Shown one piece after another: positions 1 through 12,362 of a stretch of 64,000 nt of DNA. Position numbers and translations under genes: made by a program. The first letter of the stretch is position 1. Each line of letters begins with the position of its first letter. The notes beneath the pieces are model-generated. The model had not been told where the DNA came from, ran no database searches, and saw only the letters and a list, made by a program, of their open reading frames with translations. Where the stretch lies: positions 131,936,001 through 132,000,000 of the forward strand of contig OZ296648.1 in assembly GCA_965655095.1 (NCBI GenBank). Direction: 5' to 3'. The stretch comes from Haplodiscus bocki (lineage: Eukaryota).

Positions 1-948
1 TTCGAAATTGAACTGACGACCGACACAGAGGGAAAAGAAACCTGGGCCAAATGCCAGGGATATAGTTATTTGGCACAAACAAAAGAGCAGGATCAAGCGT
101 TTAATAAAATTTACGCCGACTTTGATCGCAAAAAAGAATGCACGACAGAGCTCTACGGTGCATTATATATTGACTTTTTGGAATGCGAAAAACTTTTAAT
201 ACCCGGAGTCACTCTTAATTTGCGTCTTTTTCGATCTTTTAACAATACGCTGCTTTTATTGAAAGGAACAGATGATGAGGCGAAAGCTCTCGACGGCAAA
301 ATACAATGAGTCATTGCGAAAGCTTCTCTATTCGTCAGAAAAGTGGTGGTCACGGACAGTGTGAAATTGTCTTTTGAAAAAGCTTTATTGAAGAGTTGTG
401 CCATTTAGCCTTATATTGAAAGCCTAAAGAAAAGCTTCATTATTCAAGCCGGTCAAAACTGTTTCATCAAAGAAAATGTTTTTGGAACGGAGCCCATCCG
501 CAGAATAGCTTTGTGCATGGTCAAAAACTCCCTCTTTTGCAGTACACCCTTGAATCATTCACCCTTCTCATACCAAAAATTCGGTGTTCAGAGGGTTGAA
601 ATTCAACGCGGTAATGGAGTGCCACTAGCTGGGACGCCCCTGGACACGAGTAACAATGTCAGGCTTTACTATAATACAATAACAGCTCTTGGGTTCACCA
701 AAAGTGGGAACGGAATAAGATTGGAAGATTTTCAAGACAATCATTTGATCTTGGTTTTTGATTTGACCTCCACTGAAGAGGCTAGCAAAAACTTGACATT
801 GTTTCCAGAGCTCACCGGTTCTAGTTTAACCCTAAAAGTGTACTTCTCTAAAGCCCTTGGCGACGCAATTGAATTATTTCTCATTGGCGAACGGTTCAGT
901 CAAGTGTTCATCGATTCTGCGAGAAACATCCAAAAACACTCTAATTGA
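1..948 (+). pseudogene. Polinton major capsid protein (double jelly-roll), C-terminal part, interrupted by stops
   Basis: ORFs 70-309 (LYIDFLECEKLLIPGVTLNLRLFRS) and 511-948 (PFSYQKF...LILVFDLT...LTLKVYFSKAL...IDSARNI) match the Polinton MCP pattern. They share one frame and are separated by in-frame stops. Confidence 0.85.
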
Positions 949-1510
949 TGAATAACATCACACTAAGAAAGATGGCTACGAATTATGCAACGACCTGGCA
1001 CATCTTTGGAGCGGTCTGGTCATCCAATAACTTTCCTAAATGCAAAATACGCAATCAAAAAACTTTTGTCAAAAGAAGGTTTAAAAAACATCAGACTTGT
1101 GGAACCTATGCCGATTGATGAAGTGTCAAATTATAAATTCCTCACCTTCAAATAAATGTGGTGAGCATTGGCTTTTACTGTGTGCAGTCGACGTTGGAAA
1201 AAAAATTGGAGTTTTTGTGTGGGATTGTCTCGGCTGGCCATTGTCCTACTATGGCCAATTTTTTAGCCGACTGTTGAAGCTGTATGGAGCACTGGCGGCA
1301 GTTGAAGTAATCAATCTGCCATTACAAAAGCTTCGTTCTAACCTGTGTGGTCTTTATTGTTTGTATCTAGTACATTAATTGGCCAGAAAACCCTTCAACA
1401 TCTACAAGCTTGATCAAAATCATTTTTTGATGCAAACCACTGAAATTGATGTAGTACGTTTCTTTAATGAAAATGTCAAAAATTTAGCGTTTGGATACAA
1501 AATTTGCTAG
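948..1510 (+). pseudogene. Adenain-type (adenoviral-like) cysteine maturation protease
   Basis: IINSSP..GEHW (His), VWDCLG (Asp), LQ..RSNLCGLYC (Gln/Cys). The ATG overlaps the MCP stop (TGATG). Frameshift and stop present. Confidence 0.85.
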
Positions 1511-2199
1511 TACTTGCAAAGTTTTAGAGAATTTAGTGTTATTCTGTGAAGACTGTGTTTTGAGCACGACAAGGCAAGATAGCGAGTTTTAGGGAGCATC
1601 TTCAATGTCACTATCTTCACTAGCATAAGGTCGTTTCCTGTTTTTTTTTATTGCCCTGACTTTTGCTGCCCGTGTGCGAAAAGTTCTTCTTCATTGGCTT
1701 CCCATTCAGTGAACGGAAATGAAAGGCTGGGACTGGCAACATCTGAATCATCGTCGCCCAAACATGACAATTGATCCGAGTCAATAACATCGCATAACTG
1801 ATCAGCTGATTGGAGGGACTGGTTGTAACCAGGATCAGGGTCGGCTAAAACGCGTTTGACAATCCAGAAATCTGGAGCTTTCTAAGGTTGAGAACTTTTG
1901 CGAGCAGCAAAAAAAAGTGTAGTTCGGCGGAAATCTCCGAAGAGGAAATTGTTACTGAACTAGGAACTTACTAGATGAAGGCACCGATTCAAGTGCTCGT
2001 TGCAGAAAACCACGAGGCTCCGTTGTTGAATCGCTTTCGCTAGACGAGCTAGAAGCTAAAGTTGTAGATGCTAGTGAGGAGGAGGAAGATGCTGTCGTGC
2101 ACGATCCACTGTCAATGGGCAACGAATCGTTGGTAGTCGAAAAATCTGGAACCAAAACAGAGTAAAGATTTTCAAAACCTGATGGGGTAGAAAAGCTAA

Positions 2200-3055
2200 A
2201 TGTAAGATAATTTTTGTAGAGCAAAAATTACAGACCTGAATTTGATCTATAGTTTCGTCAAGAGGTGTGGAAATTTTGTAATGCCCATATGCCAAAGATG
2301 AGACTCCGTTTTCAAGCAGGAACCGTTTATCGTCGAATGAGCTGATTGCCACTTTATCAATTTCGTTGACCACTATTTGATGACAGTGTGAGCGCAATTT
2401 TGTCATCGTTTTGACTACTTACTTCTTTGAGAAAAGGCAGTTCCTAATTAAGTCGTGGTTGAAAGTTTTTTTGACTGACTTTTGAACGCCTTTAGCGCTC
2501 TGCTTCTTCTCACCTACATAATCAATACTGTAGAGTTTTGACCGTAGACAAACGACTTCACGGAGAACTTTGCCTGGCAACTCGTCTGTCATCGTTAATG
2601 GTACATTTTTATTTGTTGGATCATGCAAAAAGTGTTCTTGCGGGTAATCCGAAAGGTCCAGCAGATGTTTGAAGGAAGCCATATCATTGTACAGATCGGG
2701 CGTTTCAATCAAATAGAGGAGCGAACCAGTGTCTTTATAGGCTACTTTCAATTGACTGGACGAGTAACGAGGTACCATTTCCTCATAATGGAACTTGTAC
2801 AGTGATAATTTTGACAAGTCGAGAATAGAAGCACCCACGGTGGTTGGTTTAGTCCATACCACAGACGAGTTTTTGAACGACACGCAGACCAAATCCTGTC
2901 TTATAATTTGGAATGATTTGAACGTTGCTCTGCAACGTTTTGATCTGAGTTTATGGAAGAGCGGCTTTTTCAAAGTGTTTTGGTTTGAAGAGTTGTGACA
3001 CTAAGGTTTCGTTGTTTTTTGCAATATGTTTTTCTACTCACCCACACTTATTCAT
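2200..3055 (-). pseudogene. Protein-primed DNA polymerase B, internally deleted (N-terminal stub plus C-terminal palm/thumb)
   Basis: KPTTVGASILDLSK, YKDTGSL (YxDTDS degenerate), LRSKLYS, AKGV and FDDKRF..LAYGHY motifs in ORFs 2419-2973 and 2071-2406. Confidence 0.85.
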
Positions 3056-5346
3056 GAAACGTTTAGTTTGTTTGCGTCATTTTAATTTCAGTTCGGAATT
3101 TTCAGAGTTTTGGGTTTCGAACATTGATAGACTGCCATTTAATTGTTTTGCAGTACGGTTTTGGAATCGCCCACCGTTATGCATCAAATGTTAAAGCGAG
3201 CTCGGAGACCCAAAATTATCTCTTCTGATGTGAGTTTGCTAAACCACGGTTTTTAGGATGTTTTTTGGTTTCAGCCATTGTAAGATTACCATTCAAGTGT
3301 TGTCCATCGCGTTTTTTGGACTCGCTGACTTTTATTAACTTTCCCGCCCATATGTAAAAATGGAAGGTAAATCATCCACTCCAATCTGAAATTGAACGTT
3401 TTTTTTTACGTTTTGCCAATTGATAATGTCCAACTTGACGCTAGTGTTCGGTTTCGAGTCTGAACGTTTTCCATCCGTAGAGTGCGACTGAAATATTAAG
3501 ATTTCTCGAAACGTACAAAATTTGGGTTTTTGAAAAAAAGATGGTTTTTTTTCTCAAAAGTTTTATGATTACTGTGAATGTAAAAGCTTTTGTCATATAT
3601 TGGATGGCTCGCAAACAGATGTCATAATTATTCAAGGGAACCTTTGTAGAACTGTCAAATCTACGTAAAAAATTTGCAATGTCAACGAATATTGACAGTT
3701 GGTTTACTTACTGTGTACTTAGTCAACAAAATTCAGTTTCGGTTGAATTTGTACTTTGAACTCTTTGACTTAGAAAATTTTCGGTTTGGGAGTCAAAAAT
3801 TGCATTTAAACCCCCCCCCCTTCTTTACTACTGCTAGTCTGAAAAGAACAGGCTTCCTTTAAGTACTTATCTAATTTTTCATTCTATATTTTTGTATTTC
3901 CATTACTACTCTTTGTTGGAACAATTATCAAAGTTTCAAAAACTTCGATTTTTTTCTCAGTTTACGGCAAACTGGTGGGGTGGGCAAAAGGGGAGCTAAA
4001 GAAGCGCATCTGTGAATTTCTTGACTTGCTTATAATGAAAAAGCTTAAAAGTTACCAACTTCCTCCTAACTGAAGAATTTCATATTGGGAATACTCCCAT
4101 CAGATGCTTTGAAAGAAGAACCAGTTGCTTTTGGAACGATTGGCAAAGGATAAACTCCTGGGAATATTCTATATTGGAGATGTACGCCTTGATAATGTTA
4201 GAATTATCCCAATTTTTTGAAGCAAAATCGCAGATTCTTCTGCGTTTCGAATGTATCTGTTTGCAGATTTTTTTCAAAAGTCGTATGCTGGTGTTTGCCA
4301 ACGACGCTCTACCTTTGGGTTTAAATATGTGCGTGAGTGTGAACGAGCGTTAGAGATGAAAATAGTGTTTTCCACAAAAGGCATCAAATGGTACTACGTT
4401 TTGAATTTGGAGGAGTGTGCAATGTATTCACTTGAGCAGATGTTCATTTCCTTTGCGAAAGGATTCGTGACGTTTTCTTGTTGACGTTAAAAGGTCAAGT
4501 ATTTCCGTTGAAGACCTGGGGATTAAGCTAGTTAAGGGAGATAAAGCGACCGTAGAATTCACTGTCCAATTGAGTGCCCATTGCTGGACGAAATTATTTG
4601 TCTAAATGATAAAAATGATATAAAAACGGTTACAAAATAAAAAATTCCTGGTAGTTGCCATGTGGTATAAGTTTTTCTCAAATCAACCATCATTTGTATG
4701 ACGTAACAGTGTTTTAGCTGCATTATTTTTGTGATCAGCTGCAGTTCGTTTGTCGATGGCATGAATAGTCACCACATCCGAGCGAAGTTTCCTGACTAAT
4801 CAAAGAACCATAATGTTTCCATAATTTTTTACGAAGACCTGATTCTTGAGCGTGAAATTTTCTGAATTTTGATTTCTTCCAATTTTTGAATGCTCTGCGC
4901 AATCTGAGCTCGCTTGCGACAAAAATTGATTTGAGGAATAATCTATTTTAGCAAGACATGATATTTTTGTTTGCTCGTCATCACGGCGGAATAATCATTG
5001 TGCAAAGTTCCAAAACATTTTCGTGACACCCCTTTCGCACATACATAAACATTGCGAAAACGAACGTGCTAAAACGGATCGGCACAGCCCTTCTTCTGCA
5101 TCGCGCCAATTTTTAACTCGGGCTCCGAGTTGTTTTTGTCTTGTCGTCGTGAAAAAGAATGCTACCCCCGTATTTTAAAAGTTATTCGCTTAGTAACGTT
5201 TCCCAAAATCAGTTATTTACCTGCCCTGGATACAACCCGCTGCCGATCTATTAAAAATCAGTTAAACTGCGAATGAAAAGTTATCTCTTTTTCTAGCTCT
5301 CACCGTGAAGTGATTAAAAGATGCCTTAATTTTTTCATGTTCACAG

Positions 5347-5414
5347 ATGCCAGAGATTCAGACGACTATGCCGAGTCACACATCATCACCGCAAAACTCG
5401 CACCTAGAATGGAG
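5347..5414 (+). CDS. STYXL1: STYXL1-like exon (rhodanese start, D-A-R...ESHIITA)
   Basis: ttcacag acceptor and GAG|gttcgt donor. An alternative in-frame donor at 5454 would add 13 aa. Confidence 0.85.
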
Positions 5415-8400
5415 GTTCGTTCTTATTGGTTTCGGACTTACCTTGATGTTCAGGTAAACCAAAACCGGAAAGCGAAACAATATTCAGCTCAAATGAGTGC
5501 TTGAATTTTTAGACAGAATACTCGGACCCACTAGATCACCTGGTAAAAACTTTGCTCAACTCTTAAATGTACTTCTTTTTCTTTATTAAAAAACAAACTG
5601 CAGTACTAATGAAGAAACTTTCTTTTTCTGAAGTTTTGTATTTAAAAACCGAGCCTCAAGGTATCTTTTTAATAAATGATATACAAAGCTGAACTCTTGT
5701 TATTTTATTGAATTTTCCGTTAGTTTTGTTTAATTCTTGAGGCTCGGTCGTGATTAATAGTTTCATCTTCTTGAATGTTTTCCAAAACTAATAGCTTCTC
5801 GCATAGCCATCAAAAGAATGTCATTTTTGATCATCGATCGAAAAATCTTTGCTTCTGCGATATTGGTCTTGCTTTGAACCGATGAACAAACGAACCCAGA
5901 AGTTTGTTATTTATAAATTATAAATTGTAAATTATAAATTGTTGTATTTATAAATTATTAATATGGGGGAAAATCTTATTCTCGCCGCGTGAGTTGTTTT
6001 ACTTTTACTTTCCAATTGCACAATTTTGGCAAATTTCGTAAAATGCACGATTTCTAGCTTTGAATTTTTTTGCAGCAAATGTGCATTAGAATGCGGTTAA
6101 GATAGAAATATTTTTTCAAAACACCTTTTTAAATACCAAAATGTAGGGTTTTTGGAAAAAAATCGGAATTTACACGAAAAATTTTCAAATCAGGAAAAAG
6201 GAGCAAATTTGTTGTAGAATGTGTATAAAAGGTAATCATTCTAAATAATGCCTTTTTTCGACCAAAAATTAGGGGTTTTTGAAAACAATCGATTTTTTAA
6301 TATAGAAAAAACTCCAATTTTGAAGACTTTTTTCATCTAAAACGCATTTTAAAGTTAGAGGGCGGAAAATATCTCAGCGGTAGCTGGGCGATTTGTTTGT
6401 GATGATTACGTAATGTGTTGAAGGATGGTCAGTGGAAAGTTCCTTACTACGCGGAGTTGGAATGTAAACAGCACATAGTGGTCTACGATGGAAAGACTTC
6501 TTCCTCTGTTAGTGACGAGGGGGAGTCGAAGTCCCCTGCAATCAGTCTGGCTAGATTCCTTGTCGCCCATGGAAGCAAAAACTCGGTCCTCATTGTCAAC
6601 GGCAAGTTGAATTTGTTCTAGTTTTGGGAAGAAAGATGTTTTCAAGCAAAAATAGTTTGGAGTCACTGTGAAAAAGTACCAGTATGGAAAATGATGCATG
6701 GATTGAAATTGTATCGTTGTTTCAGGTGGCTACGAGAACTTCTCCGCCCTCTATCCTTTTCTACGAACAAAAAAGATTCTCTACATGCCAAAGGTACCTT
6801 TCATCACCTCTAATCCACTTTAGTTCTCCCGGGGTGACCTCCATAAGAATCATTGAACGCATACACTGTCATTCATGGTGTTTGAAGACATGAAGATCAT
6901 ACACGGTACCATAAAGAAGAGTGGATGTCATGACATTCATAAAGAGTCCATAAAATTGTGCAGTTTATGACTTTCATGGCTTCATACAACCAGTGTATGA
7001 CTTGACTGATGACAAAATTTCCTCCAAATTAATGTCTTTTTGGACCTTGTTTCTATGTTCTGTTCATTACGTAATAAAACTTTTGATAGCAAAGTTGTGA
7101 GTTGTTAAGATAATTCCCATCTGTTTTCTCGGCCATGCAAATAGTTTTTTTCAATTTTAGTTTTTTATTCAGTTCTCTCGTCCTAAACAGTTTTTTCAAA
7201 CTTTTTGTAACGCTTCGAGTATCAATTTTTACATCTTTCCAATCAGTATAAATCAATAATTCATCCAAGTAACGTGTTTTCGTGGTGTTTCAAAGCTTTT
7301 GTAACTCTGTCCCTTTCAGTACGTTTGCTTCATATCTTGTCGTTGAAATCTCTTCAAATGTTATGTATTTATCATGCGATGTTTATAATTCTTTTGATTA
7401 TTTTGTGGCTGCTAATTTAGAAACGTTGGCCATTGGAAGTAGAGGGAGAAGCCTCTTCCAGTCTATGTATGGCCCCTCTGTCTCTGTTGAGCAGCTCTGG
7501 CCCCATCCAAGACTGGAGACGCCATGAGTTCTATAGAAACAGTCTCGTAATTTATACATTTTCTATGTACTATCTGTTTTTGATCCTTTAATACAAATTA
7601 TTAGATACCTACTACCACATTTTTACACTTGCGCATAAGCAAGTGTATAACAGTCTTAACTTTTTCCGATGCGTTGGCAACTGAAACAAGTTCCTTGACC
7701 ACAAAAATTTGACGAGAGAGGAGGGAGTGGAAGATCAGACCTTTCCCGCCGGAATCTCTTGCTCTACCCAATGAGCTATTTGTACTCGAGAATGTCAATT
7801 TCATGTTAAATTTAAAGCGAATTAACTAGTGTTCCGTTGGCGCAAATGTTGCAAAGAACAGCTTCGCCTCTGTGTTGACCTTTATTCGCATTTACAATAT
7901 CTCGACTTTCTGGAGTTCTGGTTCCCATGCATACACTTCAATATGGTTCTGCAAGCTTTTGCCTATCCTAAAATGTCGCCTTTTGAAGTATTGGGCCGTA
8001 AAAAAGTTTTATTGATATACTTTTTTCAACTTTGTTTTCACTGTTTTGCTATTTGCGAAAAACCCAATTTTTTACCACCTTCATTTGCTAATATCGATAA
8101 GGGAGCGCGTTGAATCAGAAATGCAGAAATGTTTCAGGCATTTTTTGAAGTAGTTATAATCAGATTCTTTCAAACTGACGATACTCTTGATTTCTTTTCT
8201 TTTCTTCATTTCCTTGATGGAAATTTCCTATACTGAAACCGTATATAGTGAAATTTTACTTGCAAAATATTGAATGTTAACCTCAGCGCAAATTTCTCAG
8301 ACTATTGAGAATAGATTATATGATTCGATTCATCTAGAAAGTAGTCTTCTGTTGGTCTTTTTGAGGTGTAGCACCTCTGATGCCTATGATATACTCTAGA

Positions 8401-11400
8401 GAAACACATTGGCACTATTCAATTGATTTTTGTCTCAACTGTTTCGTTAGTGATTAAATCATGTGATAGCTAAATGCCGATGACGCAATAATTTTAGGAG
8501 CTGGATGTTGTGATCACGTACCCGACGGAGATCATTCAATCGCAGGTGTACATGGCTAATATAGACCAGGCTCTGGACAAACGAATCCAGAAAGATCTCA
8601 AGATCGGAGCTCATATTGCAGTCACCAAAGACAACAGAACTTAGTTAGTTCGCCAAAATTCTCTTTTCGCTATTCGCCTTACAATCAAGAATTGGTTCAT
8701 TATCATAAGTGTGGATACAACGCTGGAAAAGTTTGTTTAAATTTTCGGAAAATTTTTGATCTTGTTGTATTTCTAGTTTTCCTACTGATGACTCCTCGAG
8801 GTTGCTGAGAATTCCAATTGAAGACGACATTTCTGAAGACCTTCTCGCTCATCTGGAGACAGCCTGCAAGTTCATTGGTTAGCGTCTGACAAGAAACTTA
8901 CCGCTTACTCGTCGAATTTTAATGAGAAAAAAAATGTTTTTAACTTCCATTGAAGCCTCAATGCCTTGAGACTTTTTGTACCTGGCAACAGTAAAATAGT
9001 AAGGAATTGAAAGGTGTGTTGAAACGAAGGACCTCTCCTTATGCAGAACAGCAAAAAGACAGAAATGAGTTGCCTAAACTGAGACAATAAACCGACAAAA
9101 ATATTAGTGGAAATGAATGAATTCTGCAACCTCATTTATTAGGGCTTAGGGATAAACAACTCATTAATTTTACAATTAAAATGCACTTTTTGATATAGTT
9201 TTTGATAGCCAAAGTAGTTGCTAATCACAATACGTTATCAATTCCAAATTTCAATTATTTTCGAGAAGCCAAAAGTGAGAAATGGTCACCGAAACAAAAC
9301 AATGTTGAAATAATCAGAAAGAAATAGTCGGCCTGTAAAAGTTAGGTTTTCATATGGCACTTTTTCCCCTAAAATTGAAGAAATTTGAGGGAAATTTCCT
9401 TGAAATTGTGAACGGAATCGAACTGGTCTTTGAATCTCATATAGGTTGCGCAAATTAAATAAAATGAATTAAGACGCGCAGTGGCACTGCGATATTTTCC
9501 ATCTACAGGCGCGGAGATTGATTTATCGAAAATACGCGTGATGGCTTTACCAATAGTAGAGAAAAAGAGACTTTGATTAAAGAAACCCAAATAGTTGCTT
9601 TGGGACATGACGTGCAATGTCGATAATATTACTAGACGCTCATTTTGGCATTTTCAGCTATTCGACTTTGCAATTCAAAGAATACAACCAAAAATACTAT
9701 TATTGAAAAGCCTTCTGCATTGAGAAATGTTTTTTTGATTGAGACTTTGACGGAAAAAATCCAACCAACCGTTAGTTTTGGACGAAAACGAGTTTAAAAT
9801 ATCGAGAAATATTTTTACCATTTGCACGCTTTGGTTTTTTTGGGTCATCGGATCTTCAATTGAAAAAACCCAAAAAATTAATGCTTAAAAACTTTTTCTG
9901 GACAGGTAGAAATGTGACGATTGACTGAGACTTTGATGAAAAACAGTTAAGCGGTCATTTTGGAGCAAGTGAGTTAGAATATCAAGAAAAGTTATTATCT
10001 GCATTTTCTGGCTTGTTTTTGGATACAGCCAATCAGGGGTCCGATGCAATGGTTAAAACTGAATATCTTTTTGTTCAAATTCACGTGAAAGTACATATTT
10101 TTCAGTTAATACCTTGCTGGGTGAATATGAGAAAAGTCCTTTTTGGCAATTTCGGCAAATCAGGTTTTTCATACGAGGTACTAACTCGCAGATCTGTAAT
10201 TGAAAAAAAACTGCAGCAAGTAAAGATTTGTGGACCGAGACGTTGATGGAAGAAGTTAAACAGGTAGTTCGGGTGGAAAATGATCTGAAGTATCGAAAAA
10301 TCTCAAGATTAATTGCACTTTACAGCATTTAAACATGGCTTATCAAATATTCGATGCAGGGAAACGAATTAGAAACTATCAACTAGAACTTTTCTGCGGG
10401 TATACTCTGTCGATCGAGACGTTGATGGGAGAAATCTAACCGGTAATTTTGGGTTTTGGAGGAAAGTGAGTTTGAATATCGGAGAAAACGTTTTTAGTTT
10501 CAACTTTTAGCAAACTTGGCCTACCAAAGCTTCGATTCGAGGAAAAATGTGGAATAAATGTTTTCGAGAACCCACAAGTCAGGGATCAATCAATTGAGAT
10601 TCTGAGAGAAGAAGTTCAACTGCTACCTCAGCAGGATTGTGGGTGCAAAAGTTGAGAAAATTTATGACGAGTTGATTTTCTAACAGTTTCACGTGATCAG
10701 TTTTCCGATGCAAGGAACAAAAGCGGAGATATTGTTAATGACGTAGCTTCTACAAGTCGGGAAGTCTTCTTTAAAATCTTTTTGGATGACATGATAAAGA
10801 AAGTTAATTTTGAACATGGAGAAAAAATCATCAATTCACGTTTTCGTAGTTTCGGCCTAACAGGTTCTCTATGCAGGAAACAAAGATTTGGAATCATTAT
10901 TTGTGTTATCTGAACGTCTGATTTAGAACGACGATGTGGAAGAAGAGGTGCAGTGAGGAAAAATCGCAAAGCTTTGACTTGAAAACTTGTACCTATTTGT
11001 ATTTTTTTCGCTATCGAACAAGGAATTTTTCTTCACACCAGTTTTTTTTCAGCCAGGAAAAATTGGGAAGTATTTCGAAAAAACAAAAAGCAAATAATAA
11101 AATAAGAAAGTTTTCTCTTTCAGATGTGTTTTTTTGGCACAAAAGTCTCGAGAGCTGTAACAAAGGTTTCCACGAAAACGTTCGAAAAATTCGGCTTTGG
11201 AGGGCTTCGAACCATCCGTTTGTCGGCTACCTTACAACAATGACGACGCACTTTTGTAATATACAAAGCGCTATGGAGTCTACCTTGCGAGACTTGCAAT
11301 GCAGACTGTCAGAGACGTTCCAATGAATTGGCTGAGTGCCGCGGTAACTTTTAAAAAAAAAGATGAAGCAGACTACTGAATTGAAGATTTTCTTTCCTTG

Positions 11401-12362
11401 AAATTTTACGACGGAAAGTAAAAAAATTATCCACGAATGGTGCATGCCTACTACTAGTGGGCACTAGGTATGTGCTATTGTGGCTCACTCCGAAAATCAA
11501 AATCTCCCGACCCGAATGACTTACATGTTTATTCGCATACTGTTTTTGAATGAAAAGTTTCAACGTATGACTAAATTTATTAGTCGTGAAATTAGTTCTT
11601 GATTGATAATTTTTGTTGCTGAATCTGTTTTTCTTTCTAATTTTGTTTTCTAATTTCCAAAGAAAAAAATCCCTTCATATTCCAATTTTCTAGTTTTCTA
11701 AAATTTGTTTAAAAAGTTCTCCATGATTGTGTTGTTTTAGACCAAGTGAACGAAGAAAGAGGGAAGCCGGTGTTGATCTACTCCAATTTGGGCATCAGTC
11801 GCAATGCAGCTGTGGCCATGGCATTCCTCGTCCACAAAAGCAAGTGCACTCTCAAGGTCAATATCTCATGTTCTTCACTTACAATTTGTCCACCTGTCCT
11901 GTATTTCTCACTACGAGGCAGTTATTGGCCATTTTAGGAGAATAATGCTTCATACAAACGTGGGTTATAGTTTTGAAACTATTTGAAATGAAACATCTAA
12001 AATCAAATTTTAGTCAATAATTTTGATACACTGAGAAAAACCACCTTCTGTGTCAATACGTGATATGAAACTCCAAAATAATTATGTATCTTGGCAATTA
12101 GCGCTTTTTATGAGCTTCCTGTTGAAAATACCTTTCTGAGGTTCGATTGAGCCTGCATCCTAAGTCATAGTTTTGTAGTTTTTTTTTCACATTTTTGACT
12201 CATTGCGTGCATATTTTTTGTTGTTGATAGGAGGCGTGGGACCACGTGATAGAGTGTCAGACGACGACCCGTCCCAACAGAGGGTTCGTCAAACAACTTT
12301 CTCAGTGGGAGGAGTCAGTCTTGGGGGAACTCAAAACCAGCATCGACGACCCAGCTTTTTAA
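5347..12362 (+). CDS. STYXL1: Serine/threonine/tyrosine-interacting-like protein 1 (MK-STYX; rhodanese/CH2 plus dual-specificity pseudophosphatase). Spliced, 5' exon(s) not found. Exons 5347-5414, 6424-6601, 6726-6793, 8498-8643, 8777-8877, 11741-11856, 12231-12362
   Basis: The joined exons keep phase and read [112 protein letters not shown], colinear with STYXL1 as I recall it. Confidence 0.92.
6424..6601 (+). CDS. STYXL1: STYXL1-like exon ([12 protein letters not shown])
   Basis: aag acceptor; ends at the non-canonical G|gcaagt donor. Confidence 0.85.
6726..6793 (+). CDS. STYXL1: STYXL1-like exon ([15 protein letters not shown])
   Basis: tttcag acceptor, AAG|gtacct donor; rhodanese GGY motif. 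Confidence 0.9.
8498..8643 (+). CDS. STYXL1: STYXL1-like exon ([16 protein letters not shown])
   Basis: ttttag acceptor, TA|gttagt donor. Confidence 0.9.
8777..8877 (+). CDS. STYXL1: STYXL1-like exon (LLRIPIEDD..ACKFI)
   Basis: ttctag acceptor, G|gttagc donor; phase matches both neighbours. Confidence 0.9.
9735..10665. repeat. Degenerate ~180-bp tandem repeat within a STYXL1 intron
   Basis: A motif GAGAC(T/G)TTGA(T/C)G..AA...AATATC recurs at ~9738, 9923, 10233, 10412 and, more weakly, 10592. Confidence 0.65.
11741..11856 (+). CDS. STYXL1: STYXL1-like exon with pseudo-active site ([11 protein letters not shown])
   Basis: ttttag acceptor, AAG|gtcaat donor. Confidence 0.9.
12231..12362 (+). 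CDS. STYXL1: STYXL1-like last coding exon ([10 protein letters not shown]...PAF*)
   Basis: gatag acceptor; DUSP C-terminal PNxGF motif; TAA at 12360-12362. Confidence 0.92.
   Translation, partial: [43 protein letters not shown]

Larger units (their letters stand above)
1..3832. mobile_element. Polinton/Maverick element 1 (degenerate, right-hand part; continues beyond the left edge of the window)
   Basis: Major capsid, adenain-type protease and protein-primed PolB remnants. Ends in TACTACT at 3826-3832, which reads AGTAGTA on the minus strand, the canonical Polinton terminus. Confidence 0.9.

Noticed and set aside
5890-6400. AT-rich intronic segment with a TATAAAT microsatellite and GC-rich ends
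   Set aside because: May be a non-autonomous element, but boundaries cannot be defined from a single copy.
6820-7800. CATG-rich stretch and a CCAGTCT...AGACTGG hairpin in a STYXL1 intron
   Set aside because: Probably old transposon debris, but no termini, TSD or protein motif could be supported.
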